From assembly GCA_003427395.1 (NCBI GenBank), contig BFEA01000009.1:7609100-7660404 (forward strand): a stretch of 51,305 nucleotides of DNA. The letters run 5' to 3'. The notes below the pieces were generated by a model. The model saw nothing but the letters and a program-made list of their open reading frames with translations. It had not been told where the DNA came from and made no database searches. The DNA comes from Chara braunii. Lineage: Eukaryota; Plantae; Charophyceae. Below, one piece after another: positions 1 to 11,972 of this stretch. A program made the position numbers and the translations under genes. Every line of letters starts with the position of its first letter. Position 1 is the stretch's first letter.

Positions 1-454
1 TTTTTTTTTTTTTTGTTTTGTGTGTGTGTGTGTGTGTGTGTGTGAGTGTGTGTCTGTGGTTAACGATTTTCATTATAGCTGAATTTGGGGTATCTTTCAG
101 TCTCAATTCAGCTATAATGACCGTACGTTGTATACGGGGGAAGACTGTACTGCCTCATTTCCTTAGTGACATCCAGAACACTCACCTGCATGGTATCCAT
201 TTGGTGTCATACACAGTGACATCCACGGTCTTGCGCACATGTTCAAGTATGCTTGGTCCCTTATTGGCATCCACCATTGCTGAGCTGTATGTCGCCAACC
301 ACTCAGTTTATGTAGCCTATACAAAGGATGTCTACTGCTGGACCTCCTGGTGCTAACCACAAGCAAAGATAAAACCGAGAAACGACAACGTCTAAGTCAA
401 GGTTTGAGTTTCAAATACGCAAACTTCGCAAAGAAAAAAAAAAACACTCAATGC

Positions 455-964
455 CTATGTTACCAGAGTCGCCCAGCCCAGGCCGGCCGGCCGGGCGACC
501 GGGATGAACTTGCACGGGGTACCCGGCAACACCAAAAAGGGGGTCATTTTTTTCTGTTTCTTTTCTTCCGCAGTGCGGCACTTTTGCGGCCAGTGAGACG
601 TGCCCAAATCCGGCCTTATCTTTGAATTTGGTGATATCTCACCAAAGGGGTCGTCTACAGGAAATAAGGGGGGTTCGAAAGGGCACGAAGGGGCTTAAAT
701 GGGGTGGAAGGGGTATGATATAATTTAGTATTTTATTTTTATTTTTGGATTCCGTAGCGAATTTTGTGGTCACCATCAGACAAAAGATGTTTGGTTTGCA
801 ATTCTGCATGACATAAATTTTTTTCAGATTTTTTTTTTTTTTTTTTCCCCTTGCTCCGGGACTTCCCGGGACCTTGACCGGGATGCCCGGACCTGGCCCG
901 GCCGGGGCACCCAGGCCACCCGGGCCAATCTGAGGCGTCCCGGGCCGCCCGGCTAGTAACACAG
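455..964. mobile_element. Non-autonomous TIR DNA transposon (MITE), CTA-x-G-x-TACCAG family
   Basis: Left end CTATGTTACCAG (455) and right end CTAGTAACACAG (953-964) are 10/12 inverted. Flanks CTCAATGC (447-454) and CTGAATGC (965-972) form a 7/8 8-bp TSD. GC-rich subterminal arms resemble those of the MITEs at 15.8 and 17.5 kb. Confidence 0.7.
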
Positions 965-1216
965 CTGAATGCACTTTTGTTGCCGCCGCAGTTTGATATG
1001 CGCAAAAACAGCAAAATGGCGGGTTTTTTGTTCGCCGTTTTTGTCCTCCGGCCCTCTGCACACCACTGCCCACCCCTGTAGTTATGCGCCGCTCTTATTG
1101 CCTTTTTTAAGTTGGCGTGTGAGTGACCTGCCGCTACCTGTTTTTCCTGCCTATCCGGAACTCATTTTGACAACAGATGTAGTTGGCTTTACAACACAAC
1201 AGAAGCACGAACAAAT

Positions 1217-1263
<47 letters not shown>

Positions 1264-1753
1264 NNNNNNNNNNNNNNNNNNNNNNNNNNNNNNNNNNNNN
1301 NNNNNNNNNNNNNNNNNNNNNNNNNNNNNNNNNNNNNNNNNNNNNNNNNNNNNNNNNNNNNNNNNNNNNNNNNNNNNNNNNNNNNNNNNNNNNNNNNNNN
1401 NNNNNNNNNNNNNNNNNNNNNNNNNNNNNNNNNNNNNNNNNNNNNNNNNNNNNNNNNNNNNNNNNNNNNNNNNNNNNNNNNNNNNNNNNNNNNNNNNNNN
1501 NNNNNNNNNNNNNNNNNNNNNNNNNNNNNNNNNNNNNNNNNNNNNNNNNNNNNNNNNNNNNNNNNNNNNNNNNNNNNNNNNNNNNNNNNNNNNNNNNNNN
1601 NNNNNNNNNNNNNNNNNNNNNNNNNNNNNNNNNNNNNNNNNNNNNNNNNNNNNNNNNNNNNNNNNNNNNNNNNNNNNNNNNNNNNNNNNNNNNNNNNNNN
1701 NNNNNNNNNNNNNNNNNNNNNNNNNNNNNNNNNNNNNNNNNNNNNNNNNNNNN

Positions 1754-1807
<54 letters not shown>

Positions 1808-3420
1808 GTGTGTGTGTGTGTGTGTGCGTGTGTGTGTGTGTGTGCCTATTCGGAACTCTTTTTGACAACAGACATAGTTGGCTCTACGACCAAACATAAG
1901 CACGAACAAATACACGGGTGCAGTTCAACACATCGTCAAGCCCGAGGAGACAGAGTCAGTTTCACGCTATCTCCACAAATCCCCCAAAAATGCTGCATGG
2001 GCCCTGATGGAGGCGGCAGCGGCGCTCGGCCAAGCATTCTAGAGCGGATGCCTGAAGCAGCTGGCGCCAGGGCGAGGGGGCTTTGCCCGAGGCTATGGCC
2101 ACCATACCTAGCCTGTCCCTGACGGCCGACGGCGGACGGCGGCTGCATCCATGCGTTGTGGTCGCGGAGTCTAGTCGGTGTGGCCTTTTGTCTTCTGTGC
2201 TGAGGTGGGTGCGGAGCGTCGCAGGGGTGTGATGGGTTATTTCGCTTTGGTCTGCCTCCTCTTAAACCCGTACAGAGCCAAGATCAGGGCGCTTGTGTGC
2301 GGCTGATGGGCCTCGCTCCACTACTCTTGACATGCACAAAAGACAAAAATCATGGCTGTGTATCTTTCCATGTTCTAGCAGAAGATTCACTCTCGTTTTG
2401 CGCATGTCAAGAGCGAGGCCCGATCTCAGACATGGAGACAAGATGGAGACTGATTGGACGGTACTTCGCGCGTTGTCATTTTAGGCATCTCAGTGATGTC
2501 ATCATGCTCGTTCATCTAGTGTGTTTCATACACGAAACCTTGGAGATTTACTTTGTGTGCTGCTGTTATAGGCTTTTCGGTGAGGTTGTCATGCTCGTTG
2601 CTCCTCACCATAGACGGCCAAAAAGTTGTGCCCAGCCTGCACAAATTGTTTCGTGGACGGTCCTCGTAGGAACTCACGGACCCTCCGCCTTTTTGGACAG
2701 CGAGCCTGGAATCTGGGCAGACAAAATGCGATAGCGGCCGTGTCTTGCAGTGCTGTGACGGTGTCGCATAGTGAGCTCGCGAATTGGGGAGTTGTATAGT
2801 TTACAGTTAGTGGAGTGATGCCCCATTCCAAAGGTTTTCTACGATACTGAGAGTTGTACACCAACTATACAAATTTTTGTAGACCGGACAGTAGTGGAGC
2901 GAGGACCATAATGGAGTGATGAAGCCGCCAGGTTTAGGAGCTTGGCAATTGGATGAATGGTGTTGCGCTTTTGTGTGATGTTCATAGCTCCTCGCCATGT
3001 CATTTTGCTAAGGTGGTTCCTGCGGGGCATTGGCTTTTTTTCTGCTTGCCGAAATGACTATGTATTATGTACATCAATTCTTCGTGTTGGTTCGTTATTG
3101 TGGCCACGATATAGCATTCATGAGTAGTGAAGACTTGAGATAAGGTACTGCCTCATGCTGCATTCGGGTGGCTTCGCTTTTGGTTCTTCTTACGGCCCAT
3201 GCATTTTTCGATTTGGGGAGATAGCGTGAAACGGACTCTGTCTGTCTCCTCTGGCTTGATGATGTGTTGAACTGCACGCGTGTATTTGTTTGTGCTTCAG
3301 CTCGCTCTCTTGCTTTTAGCTCCCTCGCTCATTGGAGGGGTTCGCCTGCTCTTTATCTGGAAAGGGAGTAGATGGGACTCGGATGAGATAGTGTGTTTTT
3401 TTTTTCTCCCGAAAACACGA

Positions 3421-3648
3421 AAAAAAAATTGGACTTTTCTTGATTTATGTGTGTCATCCTTGCACAGGGGCCATGGTAAGGGTCCCCTGTATAAGCCTTA
3501 GGAGTAGTGGTAGGTAGGTAGTGAAGGTGGATTGAAAGAATTTGAAAGATGATGAGAGATTTGAGGGAGTAATATAGCGTAGTTTAAAATAATGATAAAA
3601 ATTATATATTAAAAAAAAAAGCATTGTATCGTTCCAATTTTAACGGAT
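3421..3648 (-). pseudogene. U6: U6 snRNA pseudogene A, 3' and middle parts, interrupted
   Basis: 3421-3479 is the reverse complement of TTAcCATGGCCCCTGtGCAAGGATGACACACATAAATCaAGAAAaGTCCAATTTTTTTT (U6 3' half plus T-run). 3625-3648 is the reverse complement of ATCCGTTAAAATTGGAACGATACA. GAGAAGA of the ACAGAGA box is missing, replaced by a 145-bp insert. Confidence 0.9.
3480..3624. mobile_element. Truncated DNA-transposon-like fragment inside U6 copy A
   Basis: Starts TAA|GGGTCCCC (PIF/Harbinger-like junction). Shares CCTTAGGAGTAGTGGTrGGTAGG with about 37633-37655. No second TIR seen. Confidence 0.4.
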
Positions 3649-6600
3649 CAACTTCCAATACATCTCCGGCTGCTCCACCTGCATTGCAGGATCTGTTACG
3701 TACCAAGTGCCCGGTGGGTCAATCCCCTCTGGACTGAGGATATTCCTCCATTCAACTGGGATAGCCCTGATTACTCCCCCGCCTTATCTTCCACATTGTG
3801 TAAGATGCCCAGGTCTTCTCGAAGTTGGGACATGGATTTCCATCACCCTGTCAGTGTATTCCACAAGTCGCGAACGTACAGGTAGCCACGTTGGATCTTG
3901 TTGTCTCCAAAACTGCCAGGTTCTTTGTTGGCCTTTAATCTTTGGCGTTCAATGTTCAAAATCCTAGGATTGTCAAAGATGGGTTGATTAAGCACTTCCT
4001 CCTTGGTGATTGGTTTGACCCTCTTCCAGGCGTAGATGATATCCGCCCGAAATCTCGACTGAATCCTACGATTTAAGGAATCCATCTGCAGGCAGGTCCA
4101 GACACCTCTTGGCCTCTTCAAGTTCCATTCAGTGGACAGTATGTGCTCTGCTGGCAGTATCTAGTGATCGTTCTCTTTACTATTAATGGCTTTCGGTATC
4201 CACTTGGCAAGGAGAAGGTAGTTTCTCTCTCCTGGATCCATTAATCCCAGTCCTTCGTCTTCCCTTGGGCACGCAATTGATTCTCAGGCCACCTTGGAAA
4301 CGAACCCATCTCCCTTTCCTGCCCTTGGCTTCCAAATGAAGCGGGCTGCCAATCCTTGAACGAAGGAGACCAAGGACTTGCGCAACAACCTGTTGTCTAA
4401 AGCAACCATCAACCCTAGGAACCACTCCGCTTTGCCCTCATCTATTCTCTTCATTCCCCAGTCCACAACAAAGGGCATGGATTGTAGAAGAAAAGAGACT
4501 GATTTTTTCCAATTTACAGCCACCTCTGAGAAAAGAGAACATTCATCTAACAACTCCTTCAAGGCATTCAGCGTTGTGTCTGAGTTCTCACAGATGGCAA
4601 ATAAGTCATCTGCCAGAGCTTCAACTTTACACTCTGACTTGGACGTTGCAAACCCTACAATCTTTGGACGACATCTAATATTGCAAAGAATCACCTCCGG
4701 CCGTATTACGAAGACCGGAGGGGCGAGCGGGCAGCCTTGTCTGAGAGACCGAGTCAGGCTGAATTGTTCCGACAGAAATCCATTGACCATGACAACGGCG
4801 ATAGAGTGTGTATACAGCGTTGTAATCCAACAATAGAAGTTCTCCCCAAACCCCATAGGATGTAAGGTTGTGAGCACAAACGCCCAATCACCCTATCATA
4901 TGCTTTCTCAAGGTCCAAAAGCAGTACCGCCAACGGTCTTTGTTCCTTATCTATAATTTCCAACGCCTCCACCGTTGTCACTATGTTATCAAAAATAGAT
5001 CTTCCGCAGACAAACGCATCTTGATCACTAGCTACTAACTCCGGTAAGTATCGTGCCAGGCGTTTTGGCCAAAACTTTATACGAGACGTTCAATATGGAA
5101 ATGGGGCGCCAATTACGTACGTCGTCCTTCCAACCCTTCTTGTAGAGCAATGTGATGATGTTGTGGCGCATGCTAGGAGTAAGATTGCCACCGTTGAGAA
5201 TACTATTATAGAATTCAATCAACGGATCCTTCAATTCTGTCCAAAACATCTCATAGTATTCCACCGTCAGCCCTTCTGATCCTGGGCCCTTACCCTTGGC
5301 CATCGATTTTAGCGCCTGTTTTACTTCCAACTTTGTTACCGGCTTATCCAGATCCAACCTCCCATGATGAGGAAGACGTACATCTACCACCTCCCATAGG
5401 CCAGACATGTCGGCTTGGCCATGGTCAATTTATGTCGGATTCCTACGCGAGGTGAGGATGTCGTGATAGTAAAGTTCAGCGTATCGGCACACGGCAACCG
5501 ATTAACTGGCAATAGGAGCATCTTCATTGAAGGGATGGGCCAGCGATTTAATTTCTTGATGATTGTATCTCGGTAACAGCCTTTGAAAGGTAGGTTTGAC
5601 CATTTTGTCCCCTTATTCGATTCCCTTAACTATGAGGATCTCTGACCAACGCTTTGGCTTTGCTTCTTGAATCTCGTCCGATTTCTTCATTCTTTGGGCT
5701 CTCTCCTCTTCCCACCAAAACGCTTCCCTGGACTTCCTTGGTAGCACCGCAACCTGGTTCTCGGCTTCCTCTACTAGCTTTTTAACTGCAGCTTCTTCTT
5801 TGTTCTGATCTAGTGCCTTGATTTTCGAGAAGATACTTAACATGTCCCTCATAAAGAAGGTTCTGACGTCCCACCATTCTTCTTCTGATCGAAACAGCAG
5901 TTTGTGTTTGTGCAAATTTCTCAGGTGCTTAACTACCCACTGTTGAACCCCTGGTCTTTAATCATTTCCTCATTCAATCAGGATATTCCTCTCCCTCTCT
6001 CTGGACTATCCCCCCATAGGAAATGCAGTGTAACTAGGTTGTGGTCTAACATTGGGTGGGGTGAAGTGCCCACCTCCATGGTGTTAGACCAAATCGATCA
6101 ACTCGTGAGAAAATAGTTTATTCTCCGTGGAGAGACGCTTCTACCCGATACAACCTGGGATGAGAACCAGGTATATCCGAGGCTAGTCGGTGAGGTCAGG
6201 CGGTAGACGTCTACTAAGTTCAGGTCTGTTACCAACTCAGTCAAGGTATCTAGTTCCCTTCCCGCATGGTAAGTCGAGAATAAAGGATTCGCGTCATCCA
6301 ATGACGCGTTCCAGTCGCCCCCTATCACTATGTGGTCCACATGGGGGAGAACGCCCATCAAACCTTCAAAGAATGTACCACGTTCATTTTTTTCCATCAG
6401 TGCATAAACAGTGACTACGCCCCATTCGGTCTCGTCAGTGAGCAACTTGATCCATGCCCACCGTCCCCAACTATCAAAATCATAGTCTAGAATTTTGGCA
6501 TCAAACCTTACGTGAATTAAAATCGTCAGCCCCCCTTTTGAGCTCATCGCAGGAGCCCACACCTGAGGTCCATCCCACCATGCACCGAGGTTCTCAATTC

Positions 6601-6720
6601 CCTGTTCATCCATCTTTGTCTCCTGCATACATAAGAAGTTTATTTGATTTTCATGCACCCAAGATTTGATACGACTTCATTTTGCCTTCCCCCAGTATCG
6701 TCGAGCCCCCTCACATTCTA
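3649..6720 (-). pseudogene. LINE ORF2 (APE endonuclease plus reverse transcriptase), inverted segment with frameshifts and stops
   Basis: APE motifs LCMQETK, IGGDWN, YTW, RINYFL (6098-6658). RT motifs KGPGSEGLTVEYY, NWRPISILNVSYKVLAK, LDLEKAYDRV, LRQGCPLAP, LADDL (4284-5408). Confidence 0.92.
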
Positions 6721-6736
6721 AGAAACAATTTTTACG

Positions 6737-8236
6737 TTAAGCATTCCCACCACCTTGACCCACTGATGTCAGGATACAGGCCGAAGGAACCGAACTACAC
6801 GACTGCGTTGGGTTATTCCCCTCTACTGGCTGGTCAGGGTCCCATCTTTGCAAAAAATATGCTTTGAACATATATGTTGTGATTGCCTTGTTTTTTGGGG
6901 TCTTTTCGGACAGCGTCCCTAGAGCTAAACCATCGATTTCCCTCCAGAATATTGATTGTCGTAAACTCTCGGCAATCCTTTTGGGCAAACCATCCTATAG
7001 GGATGAGGCACAAACCTCTACCTATCAGGCTACTCAGAGCTTCCGGTGTCAGACAAGCATCCATCATCGGCGAATAGAATTTAACTTTGACCCCCGCTTT
7101 TTCCACAAAGAACTTTGCGGTGTTGATGTCAAGGATACAGCGTATCGCTATTTCATCACCAAAAAAAGTCGGCGTGTCATGTGCACTATCTCCAAACAGC
7201 ATAGGAGGTCCCGTAATCCGCAATGAGGGAAGGACGATCTTGGATGGAGAGGTTGACCATGTGAGCGCGAACACCCCTTCCTACGTTGTCGTGAAGAGGA
7301 GTGGTAGCAAATATTTCGTCCATCCTTGGTCTTGACTTTTTCTTCGAGGTCATTTGTCTTCTATTCCTCTTCGATGTTATCGGTGTTGTCATAGTCCCAG
7401 CTGCTTTATCCCCTTGAGCCGATGTTTCTAAGGTGTCTGACAAGTCTCCATCCACCTTCTCCCTAATATGTAGCTCCCATATGTCCTCATTGAGTCTACG
7501 TCTCTGTTTTGTCGGTGTCAGTTCCACTCCGCCATGGCCCCTCATTACTGACGATGTTTTTCCTTTCCCCCCCATCGGGGAGGTAGCTCCTCCTCGACTT
7601 GTGTCGCCCACTGAAGTTCCGCCAGCAACACCACCGACCCCAACAGAGGAGGAACTTCGTACAACTCCACCGATACCTCCTCCCACGCCTCCTGGAGGAG
7701 CTAGCCTGACATCAACTCTCTCTCTTGACTGGTTGCCATAATCTTGTGCTGGTATGTTGGGTTATATCGCCACGTAGACCCACCAGCTCATGCAACACCC
7801 ATGGGCGATCTGCTTTTCTCACGTCTTTGAGCTTTGAGGATGTCGTCGTATATCCGTTGCTTCACTCTACTCCTTCTGCTGGCTGCAAATGAGCTTGCAC
7901 TACTTGATGTCGAAGATGCTTTGGATTGTATGGGACGAGGTCCTCCCCCTCCCCCTCCATCCGACCAGATACCATCACTTTCATCCCCGCATGTCATGCT
8001 GTCCCTTCCTCCACCTGAGCAATTATCATTCTTGTTCCCACCTCTTGCCAGTCTTGAACCTGTTGCTCCATCACCTCTACCGCTTGCGCGGTTTCCATTT
8101 CCATTGCTTCCACCGGCTCCACAACCTCCTTCACCACCTCACCTTCTCCCTTGGTGACGGACGCCTCCACTTGTTGCATGGCTTCCACCGGCTCCACTAC
8201 CTCCTCCACCACCTTGCCTCTCCCTTGACCGGTCAT
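6737..8236 (-). pseudogene. LINE ORF1 remnant (low-complexity, inverted segment)
   Basis: Chain of minus-strand ORF pieces (7994-8236, 7788-7997, 7186-7686, 6834-7274) directly upstream of the APE domain. Assigned by position only. Confidence 0.55.
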
Positions 8237-9193
8237 GACTTAGACGCTCACAAAAGTTGGCAGGCATGGAGCAGAACAAGAGACAACGCCCTGCTAAAGT
8301 TGGAGGAACACTTCCATACCCTGAGGGCGGGCACGAAGTTACTCCAGATCCGTGTGGAAGAACGTTGGGAGATCGAGGCTAAGCACGTGATCGTACTCAG
8401 CGGGAATAATCAACCAATTGCTGGCAGAAGATTGGATCCAGAGGCCTGGGCATGGAGGGGCCTAGGTGCAGGTGGTTCGTCACTCCCACTCGACAATTTC
8501 AGTCGGTCAGTGAAGGTACTTGTGGCTAAGAAACAGTCGTTGGCAGCAACGCAAAGATGGAGCTCGATGCCAAATATGCATGGGGAGTATTTAACGAGGC
8601 GGATGCCGAATCTCTGGAAACAACTCTCTCTTATCGCATCTCAGAGATACGCAGCCTTACTCTGGATGCTATCACGGTTGGTAACTCCCTCCACAGTGTG
8701 GTTGGCGAGTAAAGGGATGTCAACTAGCCTGGCTTGCGGACGTTCCACTTGGCCATTTGAGTCAACAATCCACCTGTGGTGGGACTGTCCCACCTCCAAA
8801 AGAATTTGGAAGTGGTGGTCGCAACATTGGTCCAAATTCTCCTTTGAACAATTGGAGTGGGACAAAGGATGGGTGTTACTGGGCCTGCCCCCAGGCAACC
8901 TTCCTTTGATCCACAGGATAGGTAATGTGGCACAGGTCTATCGATCTATCATTATTTATGTCACCTGGGACCACAAAAACTGGTCTTGCTTCCAGGGGAG
9001 AGGGATGTCAGATGTAGAGACCAAAGCTCTGATAAAACTCAAATTGAGCCATCAAATTCGAACAGACTGGAATTGCGAAGGACAACGAAGGCAAGGTCGG
9101 AGCTTCAAATGGCTTATAAACACGTGGTGTGGGGGGAAGGAGTGGTTGGCAGCAGTCGACGAAGAGGGGAAGTTGAAGTGGTGCTCTTGGTAA
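8234..9193 (+). pseudogene. LINE ORF2 C-terminal part with zf-RVT-type zinc finger (non-inverted segment)
   Basis: Trp-rich open frame with C...ESTIHLWWDCPTSKRIW, matching the L1-clade CxxC...E(S/T)xxHLxxxC...W motif. Followed by a 3' UTR and A-tail. Confidence 0.85.
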
Positions 9194-9850
9194 TTGTAGA
9201 CCGCAGCTAAAGATCAAAATCGAGGTACACGTTCAAGTAGCAATAGTCGTAGGGAAAGCGGGGAATATTCAGACTTTTGAACGGAAGGCGTTGCGTAGGA
9301 CTGTTTAAGTCGTGGGATCGCATTGGACTAGGACTATAATGGAATGGCACGGATTAAGCTTGGCAATAAAGTCTTAGTTCTAGATTCACGATTTTGGACT
9401 CGGGGAATGAGGAGAAAATAAAATAAATATTTTTTTCTGCTCGGTAGAGAATCGTTGGTAAAGTGGCTCAGAAATAATGGTTGTACCAGGACACTCGGTT
9501 TTCCATATAGTCACAGGAGACTGGCAGATTATGGGGGAGCCTCGAAGCTATTTTGGGGATAGGGTTTGGAGTGTCAATGGGGGGCGGTAGCTCAGCAGTC
9601 CGTCATTTAGGCGTGCACGTTGGTAAAGGTGATCGAAAGAGCAGAGGGCTCTACAGATGTCGGCTCCCTCTTGCAACTGTTGATGCTAGTTCACAGTAAG
9701 CAAAGAGTCAAGGTAGGTTGAATTGAAGTTGAATACTTTCCACTGACTTGGTTACCTCTGGGTTATTTGTTGAGGATTCCCAACCTCAAAGTTTATACTT
9801 TGATGTTTGAATAAAGGATTCTATACCTTTTCCCGAAAAATAAAAAAGAA

Positions 9851-9870
9851 TAACGGATGTCTCGAAGAAC
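9851..9870 (-). pseudogene. U6: U6 snRNA pseudogene A, 5' end, separated by the LINE
   Basis: TAACGGATGTCTCGAAGAAC is the reverse complement of GTTCTTCGAGACATCCGTTA. It matches the 5' end of copy B (GTCCTTCGGTACATCCGTTA). Confidence 0.75.
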
Positions 9871-10338
9871 GATAGTGGTTTTCCGCTTTGAACGTCACTG
9901 ATTCTGCTTTCTATTATTAAAGAGAGTGGGGTTGACTGATGGAGATGAGGGTTATTTTTGGAGCGATGTTGAGGCCCTTACTTTTGATTTGCAGTTTGGG
10001 GCTTGGAATTTTGTTGGGAGTCTTTAGTGTAGTTTCGACTTTGGGGGGGGGGAAGGAATTAGTTATGACTCGGGAGAACTTATTGTAGGAGTGTCTTTGG
10101 GGGGGGAGCTTGTAACGAGTGAAAAGGTAACATGGGGGGTTAAGCCACACCCCCGGAGGGACGGTTGAGGTTGCACACCCTTGCCTGTTTCACTTCCATC
10201 GATGTATTGCCTTGGGCACTGGACCCGATTGTAACGAAATTACAAGGCGATTTTTTTTTTTTTTTTTTTTTTTTAAGGGGAAGATTCACAATAACTTTCG
10301 AGGGGAAAAAAAACGAGAATAAAGATATTGTCTACGGC

Positions 10339-10376
10339 CTGTCTCTTATACACATCTAGATGTGTATAAGAGACAG
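10339..10376. other. Nextera mate-pair junction adapter (two Tn5 mosaic ends), sequencing artefact
   Basis: Exact CTGTCTCTTATACACATCT followed by AGATGTGTATAAGAGACAG. Confidence 0.98.
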
Positions 10377-10451
10377 GTCCTAGTAGTCTCTGGCATGGCG
10401 ATTAGTCTAGCGTACTTAGNNNNNNNNNNNNNNNTTTTTTTTTGGGGGGGG

Positions 10452-10544
10452 GGACCATTTCTCGATATATGTGTGTCATCCTTGCGCAGGTGTCATGTTA
10501 ATCTTCTCTGTATCGTTCCAATTTTAACGGATGTACCGAAGGAC
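10452..10544 (-). ncRNA. U6: U6 snRNA copy B, near full length, probably a pseudogene
   Basis: Reverse complement reads GTCCTTCGGTACATCCGTTAAAATTGGAACGATACAGAGAAGATTAACATGACACCTGCGCAAGGATGACACACATATATCGAGAAATGGTCC. ACAGAGA box is intact, but the AGC triad reads AAC, the internal stem-loop has substitutions and there is no T-run terminator. Confidence 0.92.
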
Positions 10545-11515
10545 TGTTTTTTTTTTTCTTTCCTGCTTTTTTTTAGAATTTTAACTTTTCAATAAAATTT
10601 TAAAAAATGGGAAAAAAATATGTTGTACAAAATTATAATAAAGACAACTTTTGCCTGCGCGTCTGACTAAACGCGCACTAGTGCAGCTGTAACGCTGCGC
10701 GTCGCTCTTACGATGTGCAGGCGGCGAGGGATTGCACGGGGGCAGTTGTGAATTAGTTGCGTCTAGCCAGAGCTTGTTGTTGGGAGTGGCGGAGGCGAGG
10801 AGGCAATACAGTGCATGGGCGCAGAGTGGTGTCTTCGAGGGGGCACTATCATACACCTGCCATAATAGCTTGATCTTGGTCGACGAGAGTTAATCATCCT
10901 TATTTGACCGTAAAAGGAAGAGGAGAGATGTGGGGTTGGTCGACGAACAAGATCTGCGCATCGTACATATCAGTATTACGACCTAATCAGGGGCTTTGCC
11001 CGCTGATTATAGATACGAAAAACGATGGCATCATTGGAGTCGTTGCCATTATGGTCTCGACGATGATCTGGGGATGGAGGAGAGAGCATCGACAAACGCT
11101 GAAAGACAACGGATCTATGCCGCAACTGGTGTCGTCCACCATCGCTGACAACGGACTTCAAGCTGCGATCTGGATTCTCCATCGTCACTGACGCTCCTAA
11201 TTTGGGCGGGATGTTGCTTAGAATTTCTTCATCTTTGGTAAATTGTCGGATTATGGAATGAGTTCTTCTGATTGCGATCATTAGGTTGAGTGTCGTGAGT
11301 ATGCTAGGGTTGGGGTGTAGGGGTAGTACCACCCCTTTTTTGTTGGATTGGTTTCGGTCCAGTTGTCGACTTGGGCGCGCCTGTTGTTAATTTAGGGTAA
11401 GTAATAGTTTTCTTGATTTTGTGAATGGTTGTTAGTTAATATGTTGAATTGGTACTGGTCAGATTGGATAATTGGTCGTTGGTGATTGATCCTAATTTGG
11501 GGTTTGCTGGTCCGG

Positions 11516-11972
11516 CAACGACGCCACCCGTCGAGCGCATCGGCCCTCTGCCTCGAAGTTAAACCCTGCAGGTCTAGGAAAAATAAAAAAATAGTTTTTT
11601 ATTCCCCTCGCGACACGGCCCCATACCTGGCGTGGTCGTTTCTTTTAGCCTAGTTAAACTTTGAACCGCGCTGCTGTTATTATTTTAAGCATGATAGTTT
11701 AGCTTTGCCATTCATACGACTGTGTGTTTTCGCGGCCCTGCTAGAAACCACGTATGATTGGTCACTTTGTCGATTACAACCATTGTTCTTGGATGTCACA
11801 AGAGTCTGGACTAAGATTCAGAAAAGTTATAGTCACTTGGTCATAGGTTGGTCGGAATAAACTTATGGCGAACGTCAGTCTCATCAAGTCCTTCAATTCA
11901 ACGAAAAAGTCGGACAGCATTCGACACTGAAAAACTTGAGCAGATACCCTTGTAAGGGTTTTTGCTTCGACA
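11516..11972 (-). repeat. LTR-like direct repeat (3' copy)
   Basis: Aligns colinearly with 14779-15245, e.g. CTTTTAGCCTAGTTAAACTTTGAACCGCG and GAGCAGATACCCTTGTAAGGGTT. Confidence 0.85.

Larger units (their letters stand above)
3649..9850 (+). mobile_element. L1/Tx1-clade LINE retrotransposon, 5'-inverted and 5'-truncated, decayed
   Basis: TSD TAACGGAT at 3641-3648 and 9851-9858. AATAAA at 9810 and A-rich tail 9836-9850. APE and RT motifs lie on the minus strand (3649-6720) and the zinc-finger C-terminus on the plus strand (8234-9193). Confidence 0.9.

Noticed and set aside
969-1915. Long ORFs spanning N-gaps and dinucleotide repeats (also at 29, 34, 36-37, 39 and 46 kb)
   Set aside because: They are artefacts of N runs and microsatellites.
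3480-3624. Spliceosomal intron in U6 copy A
   Set aside because: In U6 sense it starts ATGC and ends ACCC (no GT-AG), and 7 nt of U6 are deleted.
7889-9193. 434-aa ORF as a single gene
   Set aside because: It is chimeric: the first 115 codons or so are antisense ORF1 read across the inversion junction.
9871-9940. U6 promoter (USE/TATA) upstream of copies A and B
   Set aside because: Only weak partial matches to the plant RTCCCACATCG and TATA consensus.
10339-10376. Palindrome as a genuine Tn5/IS50 end or horizontal transfer
   Set aside because: It is the exact synthetic mosaic-end junction adapter.
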